Shown one piece after another: positions 49,615 through 60,406 of a stretch of DNA of 64,000 nucleotides (position 1 is the first letter of the stretch; each line of letters starts with the position of its first letter). The notes beneath the pieces are model-generated. The model was not told the origin of the DNA. It worked only from the letters and a program-made list of their open reading frames with translations, and did not search any database. Source of the DNA: an uncultured delta proteobacterium. Lineage in GTDB: Bacteria > Desulfobacterota > Binatia > UBA9968. The translations under genes were made by a program, and so were the position numbers. The stretch lies in contig CAWJBB010000024.1 of NCBI GenBank assembly GCA_963840855.1, forward strand, positions 1 to 64,000. Direction: 5' to 3'.

Positions 49615-52135
49615 GCGTTGGATATGGCGCATGGCTTGGCGCGACGCGCGGCGCGACCTAAAGCCTCTTCTTTTGGCCACGCTCTGCGTTGTCCTGGGTG
49701 TCGGCTCCGTCGTCACCGCTTATTCGTTCCGCGATAATCTCCATTCGAGCATCCGCACCCAATCGAAGAGCCTGCTCGGCGCCGACCTGTCCATTGAAAG
49801 CCGGGAGGCTTTTTCGCCCGACGACGAAGCGCTGATCGCTTCCATCGGCGGCGAGCAATCGCGCCAGATCAGTTTTTCATCCATGGTTTACGTTCCCGCG
49901 ACGGGCGCGTCGCGCCTTGTTCAAGTGCGCGGCCTCAGCGGCGGGTTTCCTTACTACGGAGCTTTGGAAACAGAGCCGGCGAACGCGGCGCGCGATTTTC
50001 ACCGTGGCGCTAACGCGCTGGTGGATGAAAACGTGATGCTCCAGTTGGGCGCGCGGGTGGGCGATATTTTGAAGATCGGCGAACGGGAGTTTCGCATCGC
50101 GGCAAAGCTGCGCAAGATTCCCGGCGAGACCCTGGCCTTTTCGTTGATCAGCCCGCGGGTGTACGTTCCGCTGGATTATCTGAACCAGACACAGCTCCTG
50201 CAAAAGGGCAGCCTGGTGCGTTATCGGACGTTCTTTAAGTTGGCCCCATCGGTAGACGCGGACAATCTTGTCGAAAACATCTCGGCGCGGTTGCGAAGCC
50301 TGCGCCTGGAAGCCGACACGGTGAGCCGGCGCACGGCCGGCATCGCGGCCTCCATGGAAAATCTCTCGCGTTATCTCCGCCTGGCGGTTTTCATCGCTGT
50401 GTTGCTCTCGGGCGTCGGCATCGCCAGCGGGGTGCATGTGTTCGCCAATGGGAAGATCGCCGCGGTGGCGGTGCTACGCTGCATCGGCGCCCAGCCCCGC
50501 GAAACCGTCATGGTTTACTTGCTGCAAACCTTCTTGCTCGCGTTTGCCGGCGCTGTCGCCGGCGCCCTCGCGGGTTCCGCATTGCAGTTGCTATTGCCGC
50601 TGGCGCTCAAGGATTTCCTGCCGGTCAACACGGTCATCACCGTAGCGCCCGCTGGCATTGGCGCCGGCATGGCCGTCGGTCTCGGCACGGCGCTGCTTTT
50701 TTCTCTGATCCCGCTCCTGCCGCTGAGAAATATCTCGCCGCTGCTGGCGCTGCGCGCGTCCTATGAGACTGCGCCGCGGCGCCGTGACCCGCTCAGCTGG
50801 GTGATGGTTAGCGTTATCGTCGCTGGCGTCATTGGTTTCGCCGTGAGCACCACGGCGAGCTGGACCTTCGGTCTGTGGTTTACCGCGGCGGTGGCGATCG
50901 CCTTCGGGCTGCTCGCGGCCGTCGCCAAGGGCCTCACGGCATTGCTGAAAACACTTTTGATCGGATTTTTGCCTTTCCCATGGCGCCAGGGCCTCGCCAA
51001 CCTGCACCGCCCGAACAATCAGACCACCGCCGTCATGCTCGCCGTCGGCCTGGCGACCTTTCTACTGCTCACTCTCTATAACGTACGCCACCAACTGGTC
51101 CGGCAGGCGGCGGAAAGGGGCGGCGACGGCGAACCGAATCTGGTCCTTTTCGACGTGCAACGGGAGCAAAGGCAAGAGCTGGCACAGCTGCTAGCCTCAC
51201 TAAACATTGACCTGCGCGATCAAGTGCCGGTGGTGACGATGCGTCTTGCCGCCGTCAAGGGCAGGAGGATCGAAGAGCTGCGCGCCGACGGCGCGGCGCG
51301 CGTTCCCGATTGGGCGCTGCGCCGGGAGTACCGTTCGACTTACCGCGGCGATTTAGCCGGCACGGAGAAAGTTGTCAAAGGAACCTGGCACCGGAGCTTC
51401 AACGGCGACGCGCAGCCGATTCCCGTTTCCGTTGAAAAAGGCATCGCCGAGTCGTTGCGCGTGGATATCGGGGATTCTCTGGAATTTGAAATTCAGGGCG
51501 TGCCGTTGCGGACGCGGGTGGCCAACTTGCGTGAAGTTGACTGGCAGCGCGTGCGGCCCAACTTTTTCGTGGTGTTTCCCGAAGGCGTTTTGGAAACGGC
51601 GCCGCAGTTTTATGTGATGGCGGCGCGCGCCGGCAGCGCTGCGGCCGCGGCCAAGCTTCAGCGCGAAGTCGTCGAGCATTTCGGCAATATTTCCGTGATC
51701 GATTTGACCCTGATTCTAAACACCGTCAACGCGATTCTCGGCCGAATTTCTTATGCCGTTCGATTCGTCGCGCTGTTTACGATCTTGACGGGTTTCGCCG
51801 TGCTCGCCGGGGCGATTCTGTTGAGCCGCGGGCAGCGCATCAAAGAAAGTATCCTGCTTCGAATCCTCGGCGCACCGCGCTCGCAAATCGTCACCGGCGT
51901 GATTGCCGAGTATATTATTGCCGGGGCGGTGGCTGCCGCCACCGGGACGTTAGTTGCGCTCGCCGCGAGTTGGGGTCTGAGCCTTTATTTTTTTAGAACC
52001 GTGGCACACGTGTCCGGCATCTCGTTGACCGTGATTCCGCTGCTGGTGACGTTGGTCACGGTGAGCGCTGGCGTTCTAGGTTGTTGGGGAATTTTTCGGC
52101 GCTCGGCGCTCGACACCCTGCGCGCGGAAGCATAG
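49607..52135 (+). CDS. ybbP: FtsX-like ABC permease YbbP
   Basis: MAWRDARR, LLGADL, FPYYG, PNLVLFDVQ, VDWQRVRPNFFVVF. Confidence 0.9.
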   Translation: MFKRWIWRMAWRDARRDLKPLLLATLCVVLGVGSVVTAYSFRDNLHSSIRTQSKSLLGADLSIESREAFSPDDEALIASIGGEQSRQISFSSMVYVPATGASRLVQVRGLSGGFPYYGALETEPANAARDFHRGANALVDENVMLQLGARVGDILKIGEREFRIAAKLRKIPGETLAFSLISPRVYVPLDYLNQTQLLQKGSLVRYRTFFKLAPSVDADNLVENISARLRSLRLEADTVSRRTAGIAASMENLSRYLRLAVFIAVLLSGVGIASGVHVFANGKIAAVAVLRCIGAQPRETVMVYLLQTFLLAFAGAVAGALAGSALQLLLPLALKDFLPVNTVITVAPAGIGAGMAVGLGTALLFSLIPLLPLRNISPLLALRASYETAPRRRDPLSWVMVSVIVAGVIGFAVSTTASWTFGLWFTAAVAIAFGLLAAVAKGLTALLKTLLIGFLPFPWRQGLANLHRPNNQTTAVMLAVGLATFLLLTLYNVRHQLVRQAAERGGDGEPNLVLFDVQREQRQELAQLLASLNIDLRDQVPVVTMRLAAVKGRRIEELRADGAARVPDWALRREYRSTYRGDLAGTEKVVKGTWHRSFNGDAQPIPVSVEKGIAESLRVDIGDSLEFEIQGVPLRTRVANLREVDWQRVRPNFFVVFPEGVLETAPQFYVMAARAGSAAAAAKLQREVVEHFGNISVIDLTLILNTVNAILGRISYAVRFVALFTILTGFAVLAGAILLSRGQRIKESILLRILGAPRSQIVTGVIAEYIIAGAVAAATGTLVALAASWGLSLYFFRTVAHVSGISLTVIPLLVTLVTVSAGVLGCWGIFRRSALDTLRAEA

Positions 52136-52394
52136 CAGGCTGCTGTATTCTCGAGTCTCGGGTCTCGGGTTAGCACCCGACTCCAAACCTGAACACTGAA
52201 ACCCGAAACCTGAATACTCATGGCCCGCCCATTGGCTCTGTCAGCGGCCGCGACCAGGACTGAATCCTCTCACGTAACAAGCCTCTGATGAGATTGCCAA
52301 TCGTTGAGTTGCGGCGACGCTGACGGTACGATTGAGCCAGCGCTTCGAGCATGTAAATCAGCGCGCCATTTCTAGCGGAGCGAGGAAAAAACCC

Positions 52395-54942
52395 ATGGCG
52401 GACCAAAGATCCCATCGATTGCCTACAACCGTAACGCCGGAACGCTATCAAATCCGGCTGACCCCCGATTTGACGACCTGGACGTTTACCGGTGAAGAAA
52501 GCGTCTCGGTAAAAATTCACGAACCGGTGCGCGAGGTCGTTCTCAATGCCGCCGAGCTGCGAGTTTGATGCCGTGACGGCGACAGCAGCAAACGGCAAAA
52601 CCATCGGCGGCACTGTGACGTTGGACGCCGAGAACGAACGAGCGGTTGTCACTTTTTCCGAGCCACTGGCGGCCGGAAACTCAAAGCTGGAGATAAAATT
52701 TTCCGGCATCTTGAATGACAAGCTGCACGGCTTTTACCGGAGCACCTATAAAGACGCCGATGGCAACAACAAGCCGCTGGCGTCGACCCAGTTCGAATCC
52801 ACCGACGCGCGGCGCGCCTTCCCCTGTTGGGACGAGCCGGCGTTCAAGGCGGTCTTCCAGGTCGCGCTGGTAGTTGATCAAGGGTTGACGGCAATTTCCA
52901 ACGCGCGGGTCGTGCGCGAGATTCCGCTGCCGGGGACCGGCAAGAAGGAAGTTGTCTTCGCCGACACCATCAAGATGTCGACCTATCTGGTCGCCTTCAT
53001 CGTCGGCGAGTTCGAGGCGACGGAGCCTGTGATGGTTGGCGATGCGCCGCTGCGGGTGATCGCTGTGCCCGGCAAGAAACAACTCGCCGGCTTCGCGCTG
53101 GAAATCGGCAAAGCGTCGCTGGAACATTTCAGCCGTTACTACGGCATTCCCTATCCCGGCGACAAATTGGATTTGATCGCCATACCGGACTTTGCCTCCG
53201 GTGCCATGGAAAATCTCGGCGCCATCACCTTTCGCGAAACCGCCCTCTTGGTTGATTCGGCGAAAGCCACCCGAGCCGAGCTCGAACGGGTTGCCGACGT
53301 GGTGTCCCACGAAAATGCTCATATGTGGTTCGGCGATCTGGTGACGATGAAATGGTGGAACGGCCTCTGGTTGAACGAAGCGTTCGCGACTTTCATGGAG
53401 ATGCTCGCAGTGGATGCCTGGAGGCCGGAGTGGCGCCGCTGGGATAGTTTCACGATTTCGCGGGCGGCGGCGATGCAGGTAGACGGTCTGAAAAGCACGC
53501 GGCCCATCGAGTTTCCTGTGGAAAAGCCCGAGGAAGCGGCGGGTATGTTCGACGTGCTCACCTACGAGAAGGGCGCGTCGGTGCTGCGCATGCTGGAGCA
53601 ATATCTCGGCGCGGAAGCGTTTCGCGACGGCATTCGTTTGTATTTAAGACGCCACGAGTTTGCCAATGCCGAAACGACGGACCTCTGGGATGCGCTGGAA
53701 GATTCCACGAAGCAGCCGGTGCGGGCTCTGATGGACAGCTGGATTTTTCAGCCCGGTTATCCGCTGATCAGCGTCGAGCTGGACGGGCGCAATCTTGTCA
53801 TTGCGCAACAGCTCTTTCGCTATTTGCAGGACGGCGATATCCCGGACCGCAAATATCACGTGCCGGTGTTCGTGCGCGCGGGCACGAAAGGCGCCGTCGT
53901 CCAAAAGACGTTGCTTCTCACCGACCGTGAGCTGCGTCTCGCGTTCTCGGACGATATCGAGTGGGCCGTCGTTAACGCCGGCGGGCATGGCTTTTACCGC
54001 GTGCGCTACGGTCGCGATCTGCTTGGAGCACTCAAACAAGGACTGCAAGTAAATCTCTCGGCGGTGGAGCGCTTCGGACTGGTGAATGACAGTTGGGCGG
54101 CAACCCTCGCAGGCCTGACGCCGTTGCCGGAGTATCTGGATCTCGTCGATTTACTGCGCGACGAAAGCGACATCAACGTCTGGACTACGCTGATCGGTTC
54201 GTTTTACCACTTGCGCCGCATTCTCGATGAACCGCAATGTGTCGTTCTTGAAGCGCGGCTGCGCGCCGTGCTGCGCCCGGCGCTGGCGCGGGTGGGCTGG
54301 ACGCCGAAGGAAGGGGAGCCGGCACTGGTCAGCCAACTCCGCGGTGACCTGATCGGCGCCCTCGGCACCGCGGCGCAAGATAAAGCCTGCCAGGAGCGGG
54401 CGCGCGAGTTGTACGCCCGGTATGAAATAGATGCCGATGCCGTGGAACGCAACCTGGTTCCGGCCTTGGTGTCGATCGTCGCCCACACCGGCAACGCAGC
54501 CGATTACGAAAAGTTTTACAATAAATATAAAAGCGCGAAAACCCCACAGGAAGAGACGCGCTATCTGTTCGCGCTGGGCGCCTTTCGCCCGCCGGAGTTG
54601 GTCGACCGGACTCTAACGATGACAGTCAGCGGCGAAGTGCGCACGCAGAACTCACCTTACTTGCTGCGCGGCATTCTCTTTAACAAGGACGCTCGCGAGA
54701 AAGCCTGGGCGTTCATGAAAGCGCATTGGGAAGAAATGTTGCGCCTGTACCCTGACAACTCCATCCCGCGCATGTGCGAAGGCATAATCGGACTGGTCTC
54801 ACCGGAGCTTGAAGCCGACGTGAAGCAATTTTTTGCCCGCCATCCGGTAAAGCAGGGAGCCAAGCAGATTGAACAGCACCTCGAACGGCTTCGCATCGCG
54901 GTCGCGTCTCAAGCGCGCTGGAAGGGGCTGCTGCGGTCTTAA
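52395..54942 (+). CDS. M1 family aminopeptidase (puromycin-sensitive/ERAP-like), frameshift near 52560
   Basis: HRLP..V.P..Y, TQFESTDARRAFPCWDEP, GAMEN, HENAH...WLNE, YEKG. Confidence 0.95.
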
Positions 54943-55131
54943 CTGGTTCAAAGTTCAAACGTTCAAGGTTCAAAGTCAGGGATTGCGCTCGTGCGGTTCA
55001 TAAACGGGCGAAATATGTTGAACGCTTGAACTTTGAACGGGCTGCGACAAGCAGCGGTTTTCCCGTTCAACCCGCCGTCTCCCGCCTGCGGCGCAAATTT
55101 TTTGCCGACGCTGCGCCCGGTTTGATGCCGA

Positions 55132-55149
55132 AGTAAGTAAATGCTAACT
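55132..55149. promoter_or_regulatory. Candidate TetR operator 1 (autoregulatory)
   Basis: AGTAAGTAAATGCTAACT imperfect palindrome 7 nt before the tetR ATG; matches the site at 55860. Confidence 0.6.
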
Positions 55150-55156
55150 TGTTTGC

Positions 55157-55846
55157 ATGAAGAAGACAGTGCGGCTATCGGCACAAGAGCGGCGCCGGGA
55201 TATCGTCGACGCTGTTCGCGATGTTTTCGCCGACAAGGGCTTTGACGGCACGACAACCCGAGATCTGGCGAAATCGGCCGGGGTTTCGGAGGCGCTGCTC
55301 TACCGATATTTTCCTAGCAAAGAATCCCTTTACGCGGCGATGTTGGATGCCTGCGCCAAGGGCCCAAGCTTCGCTGAGTACAAACGCATTCTCGCCCTCG
55401 AACCCTCGGCGTCAACGCTCGTTATAATGGTGCACTTCGTCATTTCCGGCTACGTTCAGGGGCGGCAGGGCGATGCCCATCGCACGGCCTTCAATGCTTT
55501 GCTCGTCCGCAGCCTGCTCGACGACGGCGAGTTCGTGCGGCTGACCCATAGGAAATATGCATCGGTCTGGATCCAGAAATTCCAAGCCTGCTTGAACGAA
55601 GCGGCACGCGCCGGCGACATGAAGTTTTTGCCTTTGCGCCCGCATCTGTGCGTCTGGTTCGTGCAACACGTCGGTTTTTCGCTGATGCTTCATTTGCGTC
55701 CTAAAGTTCCGGCGATCAATTACAAGGTCTCGAAGGAAGAACTCGTTGAGCAGGCAACCTGGTTTGCGCTGCGCGGGCTTGGCCTGAAGGAAACGGCGAT
55801 TCAGAGCTTTTATAATCCCAAAGCGTTATCATTGCTGGCAAGTTGA
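55157..55846 (+). CDS. TetR/AcrR family transcriptional regulator
   Basis: FADKGFDGTTTRDLAKSAGVSEALLYRYFPSKESLY. Confidence 0.95.
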   Translation: MKKTVRLSAQERRRDIVDAVRDVFADKGFDGTTTRDLAKSAGVSEALLYRYFPSKESLYAAMLDACAKGPSFAEYKRILALEPSASTLVIMVHFVISGYVQGRQGDAHRTAFNALLVRSLLDDGEFVRLTHRKYASVWIQKFQACLNEAARAGDMKFLPLRPHLCVWFVQHVGFSLMLHLRPKVPAINYKVSKEELVEQATWFALRGLGLKETAIQSFYNPKALSLLAS

Positions 55847-55859
55847 CCGTTTGGAGTAT

Positions 55860-55875
55860 GTAAGTAAATACTTAC
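55860..55875. promoter_or_regulatory. Candidate TetR operator 2 overlapping the RND operon promoter
   Basis: Perfect GTAAGTA-AA-TACTTAC palindrome; TTGACC at 55843-55848 would place the -10 inside it. Confidence 0.7.
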
Positions 55876-55978
55876 TCGATAATAAGCTGAGGGTTCTGCG
55901 CACGCGGCTCAAGGGTGAACGATAGGAACGCTCACGCACTAAGAACGCAACGTTAGGACGTGGAGCAGCTGACGGCTG

Positions 55979-57268
55979 ATGAATTGTTTTTTCCAAAAAT
56001 TTTTTTTGCGCTTTGCTCGGTCACGATGCGCGTTGACGTCTAATGTCGAGTCAAATGCAGGACATTGGCGGGACCGGCGAGAGCGATTTCCCGGGTGGCA
56101 GCGTTGCTGCAAAAATTCGGGCGCAGGGGTGCGGAGCGTTTATCTTGGCCTCGGCGCGGTTTTGATTCTCGGAGCGGCCACCGGCGGATGCGATAAAAAA
56201 GCACCCGTGCCGTTGGAACGGCCGCCGGCACCGGTCACCGTCGCTGCGGCGACGACCGAAGACGTGCCGTTTTACATCGATGCGGTGGGACACATCGTCG
56301 CTCGCGAAGTCGTTTCCGTACAGCCTCAGGTCTCGGGGCGGATTGTCAAAATTCAATTCGCCGACGGCGCTGATGTCAAAGCCGGCGAAGTGCTGTTTGC
56401 CATCGACGCCCGCCCTTTTCAAGCCCAGCTGAACCAAGCGGAGGCGAATCTCGCAGAGGCCCAGGCGGCGCTGAATCTCGCCAAAACCAATTTCGCGCGC
56501 GTGGAAAGCATCACCGATCCGCGCGCCGTCTCCAGGCAGGATTACGACACCAAGAAAAATGCCGTCGATATCGCCGAGGCCCAGGTCAGGCAGAACCGCG
56601 CCGCGGTGGAACGCGCCCGACTCGATCTCGAATATTGCACGATTCGCGCGCCCATCGATGGCCGGGCGGGGCAGCGTCTAGTGGATGTCGGCAACATCGT
56701 TAGCGCTAACAACCGTGCCCTCTTGGTAATCCAGCGCCTGGACCCGATCTACGTCGATTTCACGGTGACCGAGCATGATTTGAGCGCCGTCCAGCGCAAC
56801 ATGGCGCGGCGAACTCTGCGGGTTGAAGTAAACTTGCCGGATGAAGCCGGCGAGCCGCGCCGAGGAAACCTAACTTTTCTCGACAACGCGGTGCAAGAGG
56901 GCAGCGGCACGGTGAAACTGCGGGCGACCATCCCCAATGCCGACCGTCGCTTCTGGCCCGGGCGCTTCGTCAAAGTGCGGTTGGTGTTGGACTCCCGGCC
57001 ACAAGCCGTGCTCGTCCCGGCGAGCGCCCCGCAAATGTCGGCTACGGGGTCGTTCGTCTACGTGGTCAAGCAAGACTCCACAGCGGAATTGCGGCAGGTC
57101 AAGCTTGGCCAGCGGCAAGGTGATTTCGTAGTCGTCGATGAAGGTCTGAAGTCCGGCGAGCGCGTCGTGGTGCGGGGCCAGCTCGGCGTGACCCCTGGCG
57201 GTAAGGTTCGTATCCCTTCATCCGGCGACGGCTCACCAGGGGCGAAACAGCCAGAGGGCCGATCATGA
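55979..57268 (+). CDS. RND efflux periplasmic adaptor (MdtA-like); start uncertain
   Basis: VQPQVSG, LFAIDARP, IRAPIDGRAG, GTVKLRA, WPGRFV. Confidence 0.93.
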   Translation: MNCFFQKFFLRFARSRCALTSNVESNAGHWRDRRERFPGWQRCCKNSGAGVRSVYLGLGAVLILGAATGGCDKKAPVPLERPPAPVTVAAATTEDVPFYIDAVGHIVAREVVSVQPQVSGRIVKIQFADGADVKAGEVLFAIDARPFQAQLNQAEANLAEAQAALNLAKTNFARVESITDPRAVSRQDYDTKKNAVDIAEAQVRQNRAAVERARLDLEYCTIRAPIDGRAGQRLVDVGNIVSANNRALLVIQRLDPIYVDFTVTEHDLSAVQRNMARRTLRVEVNLPDEAGEPRRGNLTFLDNAVQEGSGTVKLRATIPNADRRFWPGRFVKVRLVLDSRPQAVLVPASAPQMSATGSFVYVVKQDSTAELRQVKLGQRQGDFVVVDEGLKSGERVVVRGQLGVTPGGKVRIPSSGDGSPGAKQPEGRS

Positions 57269-60200
57269 ACTTTTCCGAGGCGTTCATTCGCAGACCGGTG
57301 ATGACGACGGTGCTCACCGTGTCGGTGATTCTCTTCGGCTTGATGAGTTATTTTCGCCTCCCCGTCAATGACTTGCCAACGGTGGATTATCCGGTCATTC
57401 AGGTGCAGGCGAGCTATCCGGGGGCAAGTCCCGACACGGTCGCCAACGCCATCGCAACGCCGCTCGAACGCCAGTTCATGCAAATCAATGGATTGGAGCT
57501 GGTGATCTCCAAGAGCACGCAAGGCCACACCAGTCTCACGCTGCAGTTTGCGCTCGATAAAAGCATCGATGCCGCCGCCACCGACGTCCAGACCGCCATC
57601 TCCCAAGCGACGGGCAGTCTTCCGGCAGATCTGCCGTCGCCGCCGAGTTATTCCAAGACCAATCCCAACGACCAGCCGATTATGTACATCGCTTTGACCA
57701 GTGATTCTGTGACACCGGGCCAGCTTTACGATTACGCCAGCACGCAGGTCGGCCAGCGCATCGCCCTCGTGCCCGGGGTTAGCCGGGTCGGCGTCTTCGG
57801 CGCTAAGTCGGCGGTGCGCATCAAAGCCGATCCCTCGAAGATGTGGGCGCGCGGTATTTCCGTCGAAGATCTCTCCACCGCTATTAAAAACGGCACGAGC
57901 ACGGTGGGGGCGGGGCAGTTGGACGGTAAGGCGGGCACGGTATTGCTCAAGCCCGATGGCCAGCTGGAGACCGCCGAAGGCTACCGGGACCTGATCGTCA
58001 GCACCAAGAACGGCGCCCCGGTATACCTGCGCGACGTCGCCGAAGTGGAAAATTCCATTCAAGACGAGCGCATCAAAATGCGCTTCTGGGTGCGGGGATA
58101 TCCCGAGCCGGGCGCCACAGTGGTGGTTGCCGTTAACCGCCAAGCCGGCGCCAATGCCGTCGAAGTGGCGCGCAACGTGCGCGACCTGCTGCCCTTGGTC
58201 AGCACGGAGCTGCCGGGTTCGGTGCGCGTCACGCCGATCTATGACCGCTCGCAAACCATTTTGCATTCCATCTTGGACGTGCAATTGACCCTGGTGATCG
58301 CCTTTACCCTGGTCGTCATCGTGATCTTCGCGTTCCTCGGTAGGGCCTCGGATACCTTGATCCCGGCGGCGGCATTGCCGCTTTCCTTGCTCATCACCTT
58401 CGTCGCCATGGACCTCCTGGATTATAGCCTCGACAATTTGTCTTTGATGGCGATTACACTGGCTATCGGTTTTCTCGTGGACGACGCCATCGTTTTTCTC
58501 GAGAACACCGTGCGCCGCATGGAGCATGGCGAAGGCGCCCTCGACGCGACCATCAACAGCGCCAAGGAAATTAGTTTCACGATCGTTTCGATGACGGTTT
58601 CCCTGGCCGCGGTTTTTATCCCTCTGGTTTTCATGTCGGGGCTGGTGGGACGGATCTTTCGCGAGTTCGCGGTGACCATCGTGATCGCCATCCTTGCCTC
58701 AGGGTTGGTGTCGTTGACCCTGACGCCGTTGATGTGCGCGCGGCTGCTCAAGGAGCGCGGCCAGGGAGCCAGGAAAACCTGGGTGGAGCGGGTCATCGGC
58801 GGCATCGAGCGGCGCGTGCTCGGAGTCTATAGCAAGTCGCTGTGGTGGTTTCTCCGCTTTCGCTGGGTGTCCGCGCTGATTTGGCTTATCTGCCTGGCCG
58901 GCACTATCGGCCTGTTCATGATCGTACCGAAGGCGTTTTTACCCGCCGGCGACAGCAGTTTTATCTGGGGCGTGATGATCGGTCGCGAGGGGTCATCGCC
59001 CGAGCAAATGCACGCTCTACGGGATCAGGCGGATGCGGTGCTGCGGCAAGATCCGAGCGTCGCGGCGACGTTTACGATGACGGGCAACTCTCAATTCCTT
59101 TCGTCGAATCAGGGATTGTTGCTGGCCTTTCTCAAACCACCTGAAGATCGGACGCCGATCGAGGAAACCGCGGGTCGCATGATGGGAAACCTTGCCGGCA
59201 TTCCAGGTGTAATGCCGTTCATGCGCGCTCGCCCCGTGCTCGAGATCAGCACCGGCGCTACCAGCCAGAACCAGGGACAATTTGCGTTCTCCTTGTCCGG
59301 CGTCAATCCGGCGCAAACCTATGACACCGCCGCAAGGCTCATGGCGAGACTCAGCGCGTATCCCGGCTTCGCGACGCTATCGTCGGATTTTTTCAACAAT
59401 ACGCCGAACCTCGACATCGAGATCCGCCGTGAGCAGGCCCGCTTCTACGGTGTCTCCGAGGCGCGGATTCTCAGCCTGCTGCGCAGCGCCTATTCGCAGA
59501 ACTATCTCTATCTGATCAAGAAGCCCGAGGATCAGTATCAAGTGATTCTCGAGGCCAAGGATTCGGCTCGCTCCGAGCCCCAGGATCTTTCGCTTCTTTA
59601 CATAAGATCGGACGACGGCAAACAGCTGGTACCGTTGAACGCGCTGGTCACGTGGCGCAAATCTCTCGGCCCTCAAGCAGTCAACCACATGAACCAGTTT
59701 AGCAGCGTTACGCTATTCTTTAATCTCAAGCCCGGTGTCGCCATCGGCGAGGCCACCGACTTCATCAATCAAGCGGCGGCGGAGGTGGTGCCGCCCTCGA
59801 TGCGCGCGAGCCTGCAGGGCGAGGCGCTGACCTTTCAGAATACCGTGCGGGATCTCACGCTGCTCATGGCGTTGGCGGTGTTCGTCATGTACGTGATCCT
59901 GGCGATTCTCTACGAAAGCTATCTGCACCCGTTGACCGTGCTCTCGACCTTGCCCACGGCGCTGGTGGGCGGGCTCTTGACGCTTTTTTTGTTCGGCGAG
60001 CAGGCCTCGCTCTATGCCTTTGTCGGCATGTTCATGCTGATGGGCATCGTGAAAAAAAATGGCATCATGATCGTCGACTTCGCGCGGCACCGCGTAGCCG
60101 CTGGCGAGTCGGCGGAAAAAGCGATCCACGACGCTAGCATGGACCGCTTCCGGCCGATTCTCATGACCACTCTCGCCGCCGTCTTCGGCGCCCTGCCCAT

Positions 60201-60405
60201 CGCTCTCGGTTTTGGCGCCGACGGCGCTTCGCGCCGCCCCCTCGGATTGGTCATCGTCGGCGGCTTGATCGTTTCACAGTTCATCACCTTGTACATCACG
60301 CCGGTGATTTATCTCTACCTCGAGCAGTTTCAAGAAAAGGTGCTCGACCGCACCGCGTTTTTCCGTTCCGAGCGCGCCGGTGTCGTTAACGGAAGGAAAG
60401 CGTGA
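57265..60405 (+). CDS. RND efflux permease (MdtB/C-like)
   Basis: FIRRPV, LPTVDYP, GFLVDDAIV, GIVKKNGIM, RFRPILMTT; 1046 aa. Confidence 0.96.
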   Translation: MNFSEAFIRRPVMTTVLTVSVILFGLMSYFRLPVNDLPTVDYPVIQVQASYPGASPDTVANAIATPLERQFMQINGLELVISKSTQGHTSLTLQFALDKSIDAAATDVQTAISQATGSLPADLPSPPSYSKTNPNDQPIMYIALTSDSVTPGQLYDYASTQVGQRIALVPGVSRVGVFGAKSAVRIKADPSKMWARGISVEDLSTAIKNGTSTVGAGQLDGKAGTVLLKPDGQLETAEGYRDLIVSTKNGAPVYLRDVAEVENSIQDERIKMRFWVRGYPEPGATVVVAVNRQAGANAVEVARNVRDLLPLVSTELPGSVRVTPIYDRSQTILHSILDVQLTLVIAFTLVVIVIFAFLGRASDTLIPAAALPLSLLITFVAMDLLDYSLDNLSLMAITLAIGFLVDDAIVFLENTVRRMEHGEGALDATINSAKEISFTIVSMTVSLAAVFIPLVFMSGLVGRIFREFAVTIVIAILASGLVSLTLTPLMCARLLKERGQGARKTWVERVIGGIERRVLGVYSKSLWWFLRFRWVSALIWLICLAGTIGLFMIVPKAFLPAGDSSFIWGVMIGREGSSPEQMHALRDQADAVLRQDPSVAATFTMTGNSQFLSSNQGLLLAFLKPPEDRTPIEETAGRMMGNLAGIPGVMPFMRARPVLEISTGATSQNQGQFAFSLSGVNPAQTYDTAARLMARLSAYPGFATLSSDFFNNTPNLDIEIRREQARFYGVSEARILSLLRSAYSQNYLYLIKKPEDQYQVILEAKDSARSEPQDLSLLYIRSDDGKQLVPLNALVTWRKSLGPQAVNHMNQFSSVTLFFNLKPGVAIGEATDFINQAAAEVVPPSMRASLQGEALTFQNTVRDLTLLMALAVFVMYVILAILYESYLHPLTVLSTLPTALVGGLLTLFLFGEQASLYAFVGMFMLMGIVKKNGIMIVDFARHRVAAGESAEKAIHDASMDRFRPILMTTLAAVFGALPIALGFGADGASRRPLGLVIVGGLIVSQFITLYITPVIYLYLEQFQEKVLDRTAFFRSERAGVVNGRKA

Positions 60406-60406
60406 G

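Noticed and set aside
48142-52135. tesA-ybbA-ybbP as a novel system
   Set aside because: This is a well-known conserved arrangement.
54945-55040. GTTCAA arrays as CRISPR repeats or alphaproteobacterial LexA boxes
   Set aside because: There are no unique spacers or cas genes, and the period is 7-9 nt rather than the 11 of GTTC-N7-GTTC.
57058-58527. 489-aa minus-strand ORF
   Set aside because: Antisense shadow of the RND permease.
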